DNA from: Octopus vulgaris
Lineage: Eukaryota
NCBI GenBank assembly: GCA_951406725.2
Contig: OX597816.1
Location: 94,364,001-94,428,000, forward strand
Direction of reading: 5' to 3'
Length of the DNA: 64,000 nucleotides
The notes below the pieces were generated by a model that did not search any database, was not told the origin of the DNA, and saw nothing but the letters and a program-made list of their open reading frames with translations. Shown piece after piece: positions 51,170 to 62,604 of this stretch (the stretch's first letter is position 1; every line of letters begins with the position of its first letter). The position numbers and the translations under genes were made by a program.

Positions 51170-54100
51170 ATACTGATAAAAAACGACAAAGAAAAGAGAG
51201 TCGGCAATTATAGACCTTTTACTTGCATACCACTACTCTGGAAACTAGTAACTGGCCTCATAGCAGATAAAGAATATAATTTTCTGGAAATGAGAATTCA
51301 TTACCCGAGGAGCAAAAAGGATATAGGAAGAAATCAAGGGGAACTGCTGATCTGTTTTATATAGATAATAGACTATTAAATGAGGCACGAGTAATGAAGA
51401 AGAATTTAGCTGTTGAATGGGTAGATTACGGGAAGGCTTACGACGATGTCCTACACAACTGGCTCTTGGACTGACTGGAGACGCTCGGAGAAGATAAACA
51501 ACTTTCAGAAAAAAGCAATGAGAGTGTGGGAAGTAGAAATAACATGCGCAAATGAATCGCTGTGTAGCATAGAAATACTCAGGACCATTTTGCAGGGAAA
51601 CTTGCCCTTTCCGTTACTCTTTGTCATTGCGCTAGTACCTCAACAAGTATACTGCGAAAATCCAGGCCTGCCTATGAGTTTACCAAATCCGAGATGAGAA
51701 TAAATCATCTACTTCATATAGATAATCCCAAGTTATTTACAAAAAAAATGAAACAGGCCTGTATTCTTTGATCCAAACAGTGACAGTATTCAGTAAAGAT
51801 ACAGGAATGCAGTTTGGTGTAGATAAATGCACAGTAATAATTATGAAGAGAGGCCGGACGACAAAGTCTAATGGCATCAAATTACCACAACCCGTCATCT
51901 GATTGCTGTGGGCTAATGAGGGATACAATTACCTAGGAATGCTGCAATGCGAGAAGGGAGGAGAAATGAGAGAGAAAGGGAGTCATTAAATTTACAAGAG
52001 AAAGTTGTTCGAAAGAAAATTAAATGGAGAGATCATCGTTAAAGCCATAAAAACATGACCTATGCCAGTATTGAGACACATTGCTCCCTTTCTGAAATGG
52101 ACAAAGGTCGAATAACAGAACCTGGGTAGAACAACTAGAAAACTGCTTCCAATGCACAACACACTACACCCTATCTCCAGCTGACTCTCTCTGTCAAGAA
52201 AGGGAGGTGGCAGAGGATTACTAAATGCAGAATATATTGTTAATACTAAGATACAGAGTCTTAGTATTAACAATATCTTCTGCGTTTCTCAGTTTACACT
52301 GATTTTCAAAAAGCTCAAATAGAAAGACGTGGTTTATGTCGCAGCTGTCTTGCTAGTGTTTGAAGTTGCCCTGTTTTTATAAGGAATTCATTCCTCAAAT
52401 TAGTATATTCTTTGAATAAGATTTGATTGGTAGATGACAGTCACATGGCTGGTCTTAGAAATTTTTGTAGCTTCACTGCAACGTCTGTGTCTTAGTATCA
52501 AGCGACAATATTTGGCGTCGTATATTAAGGCTGACACGGTTGACTGAACAAGTCCAAACAATCAACGCTCTGAATGTTTTCTGTCAAGTGTTTGTAGAGA
52601 GTGAACACATGATTCAGTTTATAATATTTTGAATGTTTTCTGCTACGTCTGTGGCTTAATGTCACGTGACAGTATATTTTGCGCCTAAGAAGAGAGGCCG
52701 ATGCGGTTGAGTGAATATGTTTAGTTATAATCAAGAAAGACCAAATTTAATCTGTCTGGTGGGAGGGTGGACAGGAGTCGTTTGTATGTAGTCCAATGGT
52801 TAAAATTTAGGTTGTAGGCTTTGCAGCTTCCTCATGATAAGTGGCAGAATGAATTTTGTGTGTGAATAGTTATTTATGTATGTACTCTGTTAAAGTTTGT
52901 TAAGTCTTGGTTTGTACTTTTGTATGAAAGTATATTTTTTGTTTGGGAAGTAAGGGAAAGATCCGTAGTTTTTGTTCTGTTGTGCATGCTTCATAGTAAA
53001 TACCAAACACATATTATATAATTCACATCATACAGGTGTGGCTGTGTGGTAAGAAACTTATTGGATCTTTTCCTTTTGATGGACGGAATTTTCTAGGAAA
53101 AGATCCAAAACTACTTATAGATTAGATGTATGTAATCTAAAGTGACCATATGACCTTCACCTCATCCAAACCTGATGAGAAATTCTTATTTTTGCTCTTT
53201 CACTCTCTCTTTCTCTCTCTTCACTTACATACACACACTCTCTCTTTATCTATCTATCTATCTATCATTTGTAAAACAAAACAAAATATATAATTACTTC
53301 AGTCGTATTATTTTCAGTTTATCTAACTTTATACAAAAGTAGTCAAAAAGATAAAACTCTCTGTTTATATTGTCTTTGTATCAACATTTGAGATTAGAAA
53401 TGAGGCTGATTTATCATTTTAAGGCCAATGACACATAAGAATCGTAGTTCAGTGAGTGTAGCTTCTATTGGTTCCACTCACTCTTCTCTTTCTATTCTGG
53501 TTTGTTTGAAGCTACACCATACACATTTAGTACTTTCACAGTCCAGAATATAAAGAAATTATATTTTGAGACAATTACCATCACAGTAGACTGAAATTAG
53601 TTCCTACATAGAACTGACATAAATTAGGAAAGTATTAGAATGTTTTCTTGTTGGCCTTTTTCTGCATCCATTTTCTATTTTATAGTCATAAACTTATTAG
53701 ACTAATGAAAATTATATACATTTATATACCACATGGTTCGGGGTCCAGTCCTACTGCATGGCACCTTCGGCAAGTATCTTCTACTATATCTTCAGGCTGA
53801 CCAAAGCCTTGAGTGGATTTGGTAGACGGAAACTAAAAGTAGCCCGTCATATATATATATGAACATGTGTATGTGTGTGTATATATATATATATATGCAT
53901 GTGTGTGTGTGTGTGTGTGTTTGAGTCAGTGTTTGTCCGCTGCCACCACTTGACATCCGGTGCTGGTGTATTTACATCCCCATAACTTAGTACTGACTGA
54001 AACAAGTAAAAGACAATAGGTAAAAGAAGATAAAAGGCATATTATACCCATAATTATTGAAACAATTGAATATGTAACCAACAGCCTCAGCACCAATTTG

Positions 54101-54446
54101 GAGAAATCAGGGTTCTCAAAACCAGGAAGGGGAAAGCTAATTAGAAGACTAGCAGTAAATCTTCCCAAAAGTTTAGCATATTAGTACATATGCACATGTC
54201 TAGATATGCAAACTGTATGTAGGAGGAGACATACATAAACCAAAATATACAAGTCTGCACATGTACTGATGCCAAATGCTTGCATGTAACACACATACAT
54301 ATACAATACCATGTTGATATTGCTGAAATTCTAATGAAGGAATCTTAGATCTCAGTTAGAACCAACTCTTTCTCCATTTGTGAGAAATCTGGAAATAAAA
54401 CTAAATAATAGAATATATACTCTATACTACTATTACTGCACACAAA

Positions 54447-55260
54447 CAAGGTCTGATCAATAAGTATCATGACTGTTGCCATAGTATTGAAGCTAAAGCC
54501 GCTTGGCGATGGTTGACTTTGAGCTTTGCTGTGCATGCGCAATAAGTTTTAACGTTCTAGCTCACTTCTGCTGTTTACAGCAGTGCTTGGAAGGAAGGTG
54601 TGTAGCGTGTGATCGTCGCATCGACCATGAGAGAAAAAGTTATCATGGCAATATCTGCTCAAAGGTCTACACAAAGTTGGAAAAAGTGTATGGAGAGGAG
54701 TGTTTGAACCGCACACAAGTGTACGAGTGGTTCAGACGTTTCCAAGATGGACGTAGAAATGTTGATGTTGTCGAACGTTTTGAGAGACCCGCAACCAGCA
54801 GAACTGAGAAAAACATCGCAGAAGATGTGCAGATTAGTTACAGTTCAGTTCAGTCCATTATTACTAAGATTTGGGCATGAGACGCGTGTCTGCCAAGTTT
54901 GTGCCAAAACTGCTTTCAGCTGATCAAAACGACACTCGGGTTTCAGTTGCACAAGATTTTCATTGTGTCGAGAAAACTTTTTGAAAACTTTGTGTCGGCC
55001 TCTGAGCAGATATCGCCAAGATTTTGGCAAAATTTGATGCAGATGCTCTGTTCAACTTTCTGTCATGGTCAATGCAACGATCACACGCTACACACCTTCC
55101 TTCCAAGCATTGCTGTAAACAGCAGAAGTGAGCTAGAACGTTAAAACTTAGTGTGCATACACAGCAGAGTTCAAGATCAATCTTTGCAGAGTGGCTTTAC
55201 TCTGTGTGCTTTAGTTTTGTCACTATGGCAACAGTCCGAATACTTATTGATCAGACCACA
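54447..55260 (+). mobile_element. mariner-derived foldback element with long inverted ends
   Basis: TIR GGTCTGATCAATAAGTAT at both ends; central VYGEECLNRTQVYEWFRRFQDG HTH. Confidence 0.88.
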
Positions 55261-56133
55261 TACATACGAGCATTGAAGTTTATTTGAAGCATCGTGATAT
55301 AATAAAAGAAAGAAATAATGTGAAGAGCATCTTAAGATGCAAAGTGGAACTTAATAATTCATTAATTCAAAGGAATTAATAAATTATTCATTCTCTTTGC
55401 ATTGTGAAAATATTGCTTTATTTGTTTTCATCTATATATTGTCATCTTTTTACCAGCCACTTTTCTATGCTTGCATGTGTTGGATGAAGTTTATTGAGAT
55501 GGATTTTCTACAGTTGGATGCCCTTCCTGTCACCAACTCTCTCCTATTTCCAAGCAACTTAATATTTCCTCATGACCAGAAATAAATGACAAAGCTTGTA
55601 TGCTTGATAGTTGTAAATGAGTGCAAATGATTGTCACTATCAATGTCAAAACAAGATGTAAATGTGCATTCATGAACACACGTGTGTGAATGAGTGTATA
55701 TATGTTGGTCTTCCACACATTTTCCATCTACCAAATTCATTCACAAAGCTTTGGTCTGACCAGCCTGTAGAAGACACTTGCCCAAGGTGCCATTCTGTGG
55801 GACTGAATCTAAAGTCAAATGGTTGCAAAGTGAACTTCTTAACCATATAGCTATGCCTCCACCTACTCACACACACATGATGGGCTTCTGCACAGTTTTC
55901 ACCTGTCCAGTTCACTTACAAAGCGTTAGTTGACTTAGACTATAACAGAAATCATTTACTCAATGACGGTGGGATAAAACCACATCACTGCAAAGTGAAC
56001 TTCTCAACCACACAGCAATTCCTGCTTTATTGATATATTACTATAACATCTATGAGAAATATGGATAAAATTTAATAAAATACTGTGTCACTAAAATGAT
56101 TATGTTCTATTAGGCTCTCTTTTCTCTTTCCAG

Positions 56134-56247
56134 AATGATAATGTTGGTGCTCTCTATGGAATGGCCACTGCTTACATGGTTCAGAAGCAAGTCCCCAAAG
56201 CTAGGAATCAACTAAAACGTATTGTGAAATTAAACTGGACTTGTGAG
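56134..56247 (+). CDS. TTC21B: TTC21B/IFT139-like exon ([38 protein letters not shown])
   Basis: Recognised similarity to TTC21[31 protein letters not shown]; CAG/GTGAGT boundaries. Confidence 0.88.
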
Positions 56248-57500
56248 GTGAGTAGTTTACTTTAAACATCACCTTTTAAAAGATGCTGTAGTTGTTCAGA
56301 GGATTTATCTGTTGTTGTTTCACTTAAGATCAATCCTGATTGAACAGAACTATGATTTTTAATGGTATTAATAAAAAAAAAATCTATCTATAAAATTTAA
56401 GCAATTGTTTATTGAAATGGAGAAAGAAGATATGGTTAATATATATATGCATGTATGTATATGTATGTAATAATAGTTTGGCTGTCATCTTTATCTGACA
56501 ATGACCTCACAGCTACTGAAAAATAAAATAAGTGGAGGGTGAGAGAAGGAAGACACATGAGTATTGCTCATTTATTTATTCTTCTGTGATCTAGAAGGCC
56601 TTTTTGTGTCACATAGCACACACTGAAATTCTTTTGTACCAGGGTTGTTGTGTTATGTTTGAGTTCTGAGCCTCTACTGTGAGAGATTTATAAAGCTTCA
56701 AAATCCTTCAAGTCTCTGGTGCTGACTTTCTTCCATGCAGACATGTCTTCTCTTAAATTTGGGCCGGTTTTGCAGTCTTTCACCGTTGCTTTCAGTATAT
56801 ATTTGAATCTTTTACTTGATGTGCCAACATTACATTTTCCATTTGTAAACTCAGAATGGAAGATTGGCTTTGGCAATCTACAACTTATCAATCTAACATT
56901 CCAGCCCTATGCAGTGTGATTTACATAATAGAGGATAGTTTTATTTGCATATCTGTGCCCATTAATTAATGTATATTTTACACACACAAGTTATTTTAGA
57001 TTCCACTATATTTGTGTGTATATAACATACTCTGACTGCAGTATATGGTATTTATACCTACTTTGTTTCATATCAAGCAAGATTATTTCCCCAATGATAC
57101 TGGGATCCTGTCTTCTTTCCTACTTAAACCTTAGGCTCTTTCTACTTCTACCCTCAAGCCAGTTGATTCTAAGTTCAGCTTCTATACCTTGAATTTCCTC
57201 TCTAAGTCCACTATATGAGAATTAGGTCATCAGCATATAAGAGTTCCCATGGACATCAGCTCTCTCCTATTCAACATAAGCAGTCACTGAAGACTGAGCT
57301 TTGATAGACCTCTGTCATCATGTTATGTTCTTGAGTTCAGTTGGCATATATCTTGCTAATTTAGACATTTGCAGTAAACATTCATCTTGTTCACTAAAAC
57401 TTCATCAGGTTATAAAGTCTTTAGATATATCTCTTAACTATTTTCTTCATGTATTTCTATGCCTACTTTTGTATATATATACATTTATCTATTTTTGTAG

Positions 57501-57568
57501 GATACAAGCTTGCCTTCAACTACCTTAAAGCCAAACGCTATACTGAAGCCATTGATATTTGTAATTTG
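57501..57568 (+). CDS. TTC21B: TTC21B-like penultimate exon ([23 protein letters not shown])
   Basis: Near-identical to TTC21[15 protein letters not shown] motif; TAG/GTAAGA boundaries. Confidence 0.9.
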
Positions 57569-57718
57569 GTAAGAATTCAGTTTCAAAAACTATTTGTGAT
57601 TAATTAGGACTAATTTTTAAGTTAACACGTTATATAACCATTTTGTCTTCTTTGTTTTTTGTTCTGTTGTGAGTTCTGTTCTTACACATGATTTTATTTG
57701 ATTTGATTTTCCTTATAG

Positions 57719-57796
57719 GTACTGGCTTCTCATCCAAATTATCCAAAAATACAGAAAGAAATCCTTACTAAAGCAAGATCTAACTGGCGGACCTAG
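57719..57796 (+). CDS. TTC21B: TTC21B-like last exon (VLASHPNYPKIQKEILTKARSNWRT*)
   Basis: Matches TTC21B C-terminus VL..HP.YPKI.K.IL.KAR; AATAAA at 57867-57872. Confidence 0.9.
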   Translation, partial: VLASHPNYPKIQKEILTKARSNWRT

Positions 57797-58299
57797 AAAC
57801 TTAACTATCATCTTTTTAAAATTATCTAGTCTGGAAATGTTTATTTCTTCTTAAAAAGTGTTTGTTAATAAATCTAGTGTAATATATTTTATACACAATC
57901 TGGTCAGTTTTTCTCGGCTACCTTTTAATTTTATCTCAATCAACAGTTCATTTGTTCATTCATGTTGCTAATTTATAAGTCATTAGTCTATGAGGAACTT
58001 ATTGTATAAATAATTTTCATATAAATCAATATACCATAACATGTGGATGTGCACCTATATTTTCATCTTTCCTGTTAGAACTAATTGCTTTTTTATCTCC
58101 TGAAAGCTTTGTGGTCCTATCAAAAATCAAGAGAAACTGGAGATTACTCTTACATTTCATTATTCTCCAATCATTATTATATTCAAAGTAAATCATTACA
58201 TTTAAATATCTTTCATATGAAACAAGATCTTTATTTCAAGATACTGAAATGTCAAGATACTGAAATTGCAAATGTTATTTAACTGTCAACAGATTTGCT

Positions 58300-58412
58300 T
58301 CACTCACAAACTTGACATGACTTCTTGCAGTAGAAAAGCATATAATCTGGGTTTGATTTACATTCACCCATCTTGGCCCAAGCTCCACATTTGGTATTCT
58401 CATCTGCACAAG
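58300..58412 (-). CDS. Gene B terminal ShKT exon 3 (PCADENTKCGAWAKMGECKSNPDYMLFYCKKSCQVCE*)
   Basis: ShKT pattern, TAG acceptor, TGA stop, minus-strand AATAAA at about 58230-58235. Confidence 0.92.
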
Positions 58413-59100
58413 CTAGAACGAAAGAAGTAAATATTATAATAAGACATGAAGCAAAACCAATAATGAAATTAATTGTTAGTCCCTTTCAATAAACAGGATA
58501 TTGAATGCTGTACCAGCTTAGACAGTACTGAATCTAATATATAAAATACTGTATGATCTTAATGTCCTTGTTCTAACAAAGATGTGTCATTAGAAACTCT
58601 TTCTATAGTGCACTAAAATTCTGTCTATTTACATATGTCACTGAAGGTACCCTACTAATTTCTTCATACAAGCTGGTTGGAAACAAGGCTTGGATGATAT
58701 CTAGTGTGCAGTAATAACATGAAAAAGATCTGCCTTATTTCTTCAGTAATTTTAATGGGATGCAGCAATAAAGTTATCCAGAATGGTAGTAGAACCAAAT
58801 CTAGATTAATAGTATTCTTAGATATTGAAATAGCAATTTTTTCAGACGTTTCTTACTGATAAACTGTACTATTGCAAAAGAAAAAAAAAATACAGGCATG
58901 GCTATGTGGTAAGCAGCTTGCTTCCCAACCACAAAGTGCCAGTTTCAGACCCACTGCATGGCACCTTGGGAAAGTGTCTTTCTTCTAGTATAGTCTTGGA
59001 CTGATCAAAGCCTTGTGAGTGGATTTGTAGACAGAAACTTAAAGAAGCTTGTCATGTGTGTGTGTGTGGAGTTGTGGGGTACCGCACGAGTGGAATTATA

Positions 59101-59929
59101 TATGAAAGAAGGTTTGAAATGCAATTTAAAAGATGTTTATTTACTTTACCGGTTTCACTCTTTGGAAAAAGATTGTCAAAAGTAACATGTAGAAGTTTGG
59201 TTGCATTAATTATTGGTTGTTGCAAATTGCCACGTTACATATATACAGTCTTTGGTAATAGGGACATGTTAAGGACATAGAAAAGTTCAACAAGTTCCTT
59301 AAAATATTGGGCACAAAAGATTACTACATAAATAATCGTTCTCAAGGACATGCTTAAGATAGTTTCCAGAAGGAATTGATATTGGTATTTTATCTGTATA
59401 TTCAAACATGCACAGAATATTGGTTGACACAGAGTACTATAATCCATATAAATATACATTCTTTGGTGACAAGAGTATACTTTAATAATTCCTCCTGGAA
59501 ATTATCTTGAGATGTATAATATATTTGTTGTAATCTTTTGTGCCCATTATTTCAATGAGCTTGTTAAACTTTTTTATATTCTCAACATACTTTTATAGTA
59601 CTCTGTGTCAACCAATATTCTGTGCATGTTTGAATATACAGATAAAATACCAATATCAATTCCTTCTGGAAACTATCTTAAGCATGTCCTTGAGAACGAT
59701 TATGAAGTAATCTTTTGTGCCCAATATTTTAAGGAACTTGTTGAACTTTTTTGTCCTTAACATGTCCCTGTTACCAAAGACTGTATACATGTAATGTAGC
59801 AATTTGCAACAACCAATAATTAATGCAACCAAACTTCTACATGTTACTTTTGACAATCTTTTTCCAAAGAGTGAAACCGGTAAAGTAAATAAACATCTTT
59901 TAAATTGCATTTTCAAACCTTCTTTCGTA
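59101..59929. mobile_element. Foldback MITE with about 340-bp inverted arms and TA TSD, inserted in a SINE (about 58891-60120)
   Basis: 59101-59442 is the near-perfect reverse complement of 59593-59929. Confidence 0.9.
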
Positions 59930-60337
59930 TATATATTTATATATATGTGTCTGTTGTCACCATCATTGCTTGAGAACCAATGTCAATGTAATTATGTCCC
60001 CATAACTTAGCGGTTTGGCAAAAGAGCCCAATACAATAAGTACTCAGCTAACACTCTTTAAAGCAATGCTCCAGCATGGCTGCAGTCAAGTGATTGAAAC
60101 AAATAAAAGAATAAAAGAACTTAATGAAACAGAGTTAGGTCTCAAATACTAACACAGTATCAACTGGTGGCAGGCTCCATAGAGCAAAAAGTAGTTGCTG
60201 GCTAATTCAGTTAAATCAGTGACCTTGTTCTATTTGTATCAAGACTTCTTGACAAATATATATATATATATTCTATGTAAATAAAATTTAAAAAATACTA
60301 TTTTATCAGCTTTGAAGAAACTCAGGTTGCAACTTAC

Positions 60338-60475
60338 GTTCAGCACCATAGGATTGGCTATTCTGTCCACAATTATTACAGGATTTTTTGCAGTTATTTA
60401 GCATATAGCCTGGGTTCCTGTGACATTCTCCACTTTCTGCCCAATCTTTACAGTGCGTGTTTCCATCCAGACAAT
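60338..60475 (-). CDS. Gene B ShKT exon 2 (DCLDGNTHCKDWAESGECHRNPGYMLNNCKKSCNNCGQNSQSYGAE)
   Basis: ShKT pattern; CAG/GTAAGT boundaries, phase 1-1. Confidence 0.92.
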
Positions 60476-61084
60476 CTGGAAAAATAAAGAAGTAAATTCC
60501 GTAATGATCCTCAACTGTGTCTAAAATTTCTAAATTCTGGTTTCTAGTATTAAAATTATGAGAGAGAAATTTCTTATTGGCTAGGAAGCTGGTATACCAT
60601 AGGAAGATTAGATTTTAAAAGTCAACTGCTTCTTGTGCAGTTTAGAATGAAACAAGATGGAGTTAAATCATATTCCTGAAGAGACTTTAAAATGTCTACA
60701 GTGCAATGGAGAAATGGACTCATGGGTTTTGAGTTTTATAATGTTTTCTTTTCCATCTGAATTAGTATATAAAGATGTTGATTAATGCAGTGCAGTCAGC
60801 TAGAGTTTCTGAGTTCAATCTCAGGTGAGTTACTCAGGTGAATCATATGACACCTGAAGAAGGCTGGAGCATACAAGAGCTGAAACATAATGGAAACAGC
60901 AGTGTAGATGAGGGCACCAGTCCAACTAATCTAAACAGTGTACATAATGTAAATTCCTCATTTCAGAGGAATATTTTACTGTCAGGATATTTTTACTGTA
61001 CTTGAAGGTTATTTTAATAAGCTGCATCCAAAAATGGAATCCATTTTGTTACCATCACATCTAGATTTCAATATACCCAAGCCC

Positions 61085-62097
61085 ACCAATTTTCAGTGAG
61101 TGATATGCTTGGACTTTAATATGGTCGATTTTACCCTGGGGCAACAGAGTGGATACACCAAATATCGATGCTATTTATGTATGTGAGACAGCAGAGCTAG
61201 GGAAAGAGTGATCAAGTAATGGCCATAGCAAACAATAGTCCCAGGGTGTTTCAATGTGGTTGAAGAGCATTTAGTTCAACCAGAAAAAAACATCCTACCT
61301 CCACTCCATATTAAACTTGGCATTATGAAGCAATTTGTTATAGCTCTGGATAAAGATGAACCTTGCTCTCACTATATCTGCAGCCCATTTCCTGGTCTGA
61401 GCAGCAAAAGATAAAAGCTGGAGTATTTGATGGGCCTCAAAACAGAAAATTAAATGATGAGAACTTTGTAAATTCAATAATCTGCATTGAAGCAACATCA
61501 TGGAATTCATTTGTAATAGTTGTAAATGACTTTCTGAGCAGCAAGAAAGCAAACAACTATGCTGAAATAACTGACATCATGCTGTAAAATATGAGCATAA
61601 AGCCACACTGTTTCCACAGCCAGTTTGATAAATTACCTGAAGATCAAGGTGACACTAGTGATGATCAGAGAGAACATAAAATCAATGACACAAAAATATC
61701 GAGTCAGATACGACCTGCATATGATGGCAACCTTTTGCTTGAATTTTGGTCAGCACTCAAGAAAATAATCCAAATGCAAATTCAGAGTAAATTAGGCATA
61801 AACAATGATGTAATTTGTTTGTAGAAATTTTTAGATTTTCACTAGTTTTTCAGTAGAATTTTAAGACATTCCAGTTTTGAAGAAAAACCAGTTCCTATGT
61901 ATATTTGTATGTTATGCCATGTTCTTCATAAGCTGTTTCATTGATAAAAAAAGCAGAAAACAAAATTGTATGAATCCAGTATCTAGAAATCTTGACACAA
62001 ATGTAATAAATGCATGTCATTTTTGGATTTTGCGCATCAAAATGCTCCTAGTTTAAGTCCAATAATTCTGATAACAGAAAAATGTTGTTGACCTGTG
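61085..62097 (+). mobile_element. Degraded Chapaev3-like (CMC) DNA transposon; second 3' fragment at 63777-64000
   Basis: ILPPLHIKLGIMKQFV and KIKAGVFDGPQ motifs; terminus reads CACAGGTCAACA on the minus strand; family assigned from memory. Confidence 0.65.
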
Positions 62098-62451
62098 CAA
62101 TTAACAGACTTATTTGTTAACATCTAAATGAACACATTCATTACTGGATTCCTATGCTTTGTAGTCTTCTTTAAATAAAATATTACACATATACTCTACT
62201 GACATTGTAAATATATTTCTATGTTGTTTTAGAATTCATCAACTCACACTAGATAATGGGATCTGTAAACTGATATAATGTAGATTGAATTTAGATTTAT
62301 TAATAGACACATTTTTCCCTAAATCCACCAACAAATTATTCTAAAATTCATCAACCTGTATTCTCTAAAGGTCATTCTCTATAAGGGCCTTGAGTGAGAC
62401 TATATCTTAATTAATATTCATGCTGTTCAAAATCTGATGAAATATACTCAC

Positions 62452-62604
62452 CTATATCAACCGTTTCATCCGCTTTACCTCCACTGGTGCACACTGAGCA
62501 GGACTTCTTGCAATTCTTCAACATATAAGCAGCATTAAGCTTGCAATGGCCTGCTTTGGCCCAGACTGGACACATAGCATTACTGTCGTTACACTTTTCC
62601 TCAA
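62452..62604 (-). CDS. Gene B ShKT exon 1 (EEKCNDSNAMCPVWAKAGHCKLNAAYMLKNCKKSCSVCTSGGKADETVDI); probable astacin-ShKT paralogue starting beyond the right edge
   Basis: ShKT pattern; the GGK.DETV tail is shared with the gene A exon; CAG/GTGAGT boundaries. Confidence 0.9.

Larger units (their letters stand above)
48050..52270 (+). mobile_element. Long degraded RLE-type (R4/Dong/NeSL-like) LINE carrying two nested insertions
   Basis: NYRPFTCIPLLWKL, LPEEQKG, WVDYGKAYD, QGN...PLLFVIAL, INHLL, YNYLG and KGGGRGL motifs with many stops. Confidence 0.85.

Noticed and set aside
52270-53000. Possible Penelope GIY-YIG remnant on the minus strand
   Set aside because: Too degraded to support by eye
56415-56430. 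MEKE as the missing TTC21B exon
   Set aside because: No flanking similarity (AYEYMGYI, QAY.DAA) and no splice sites
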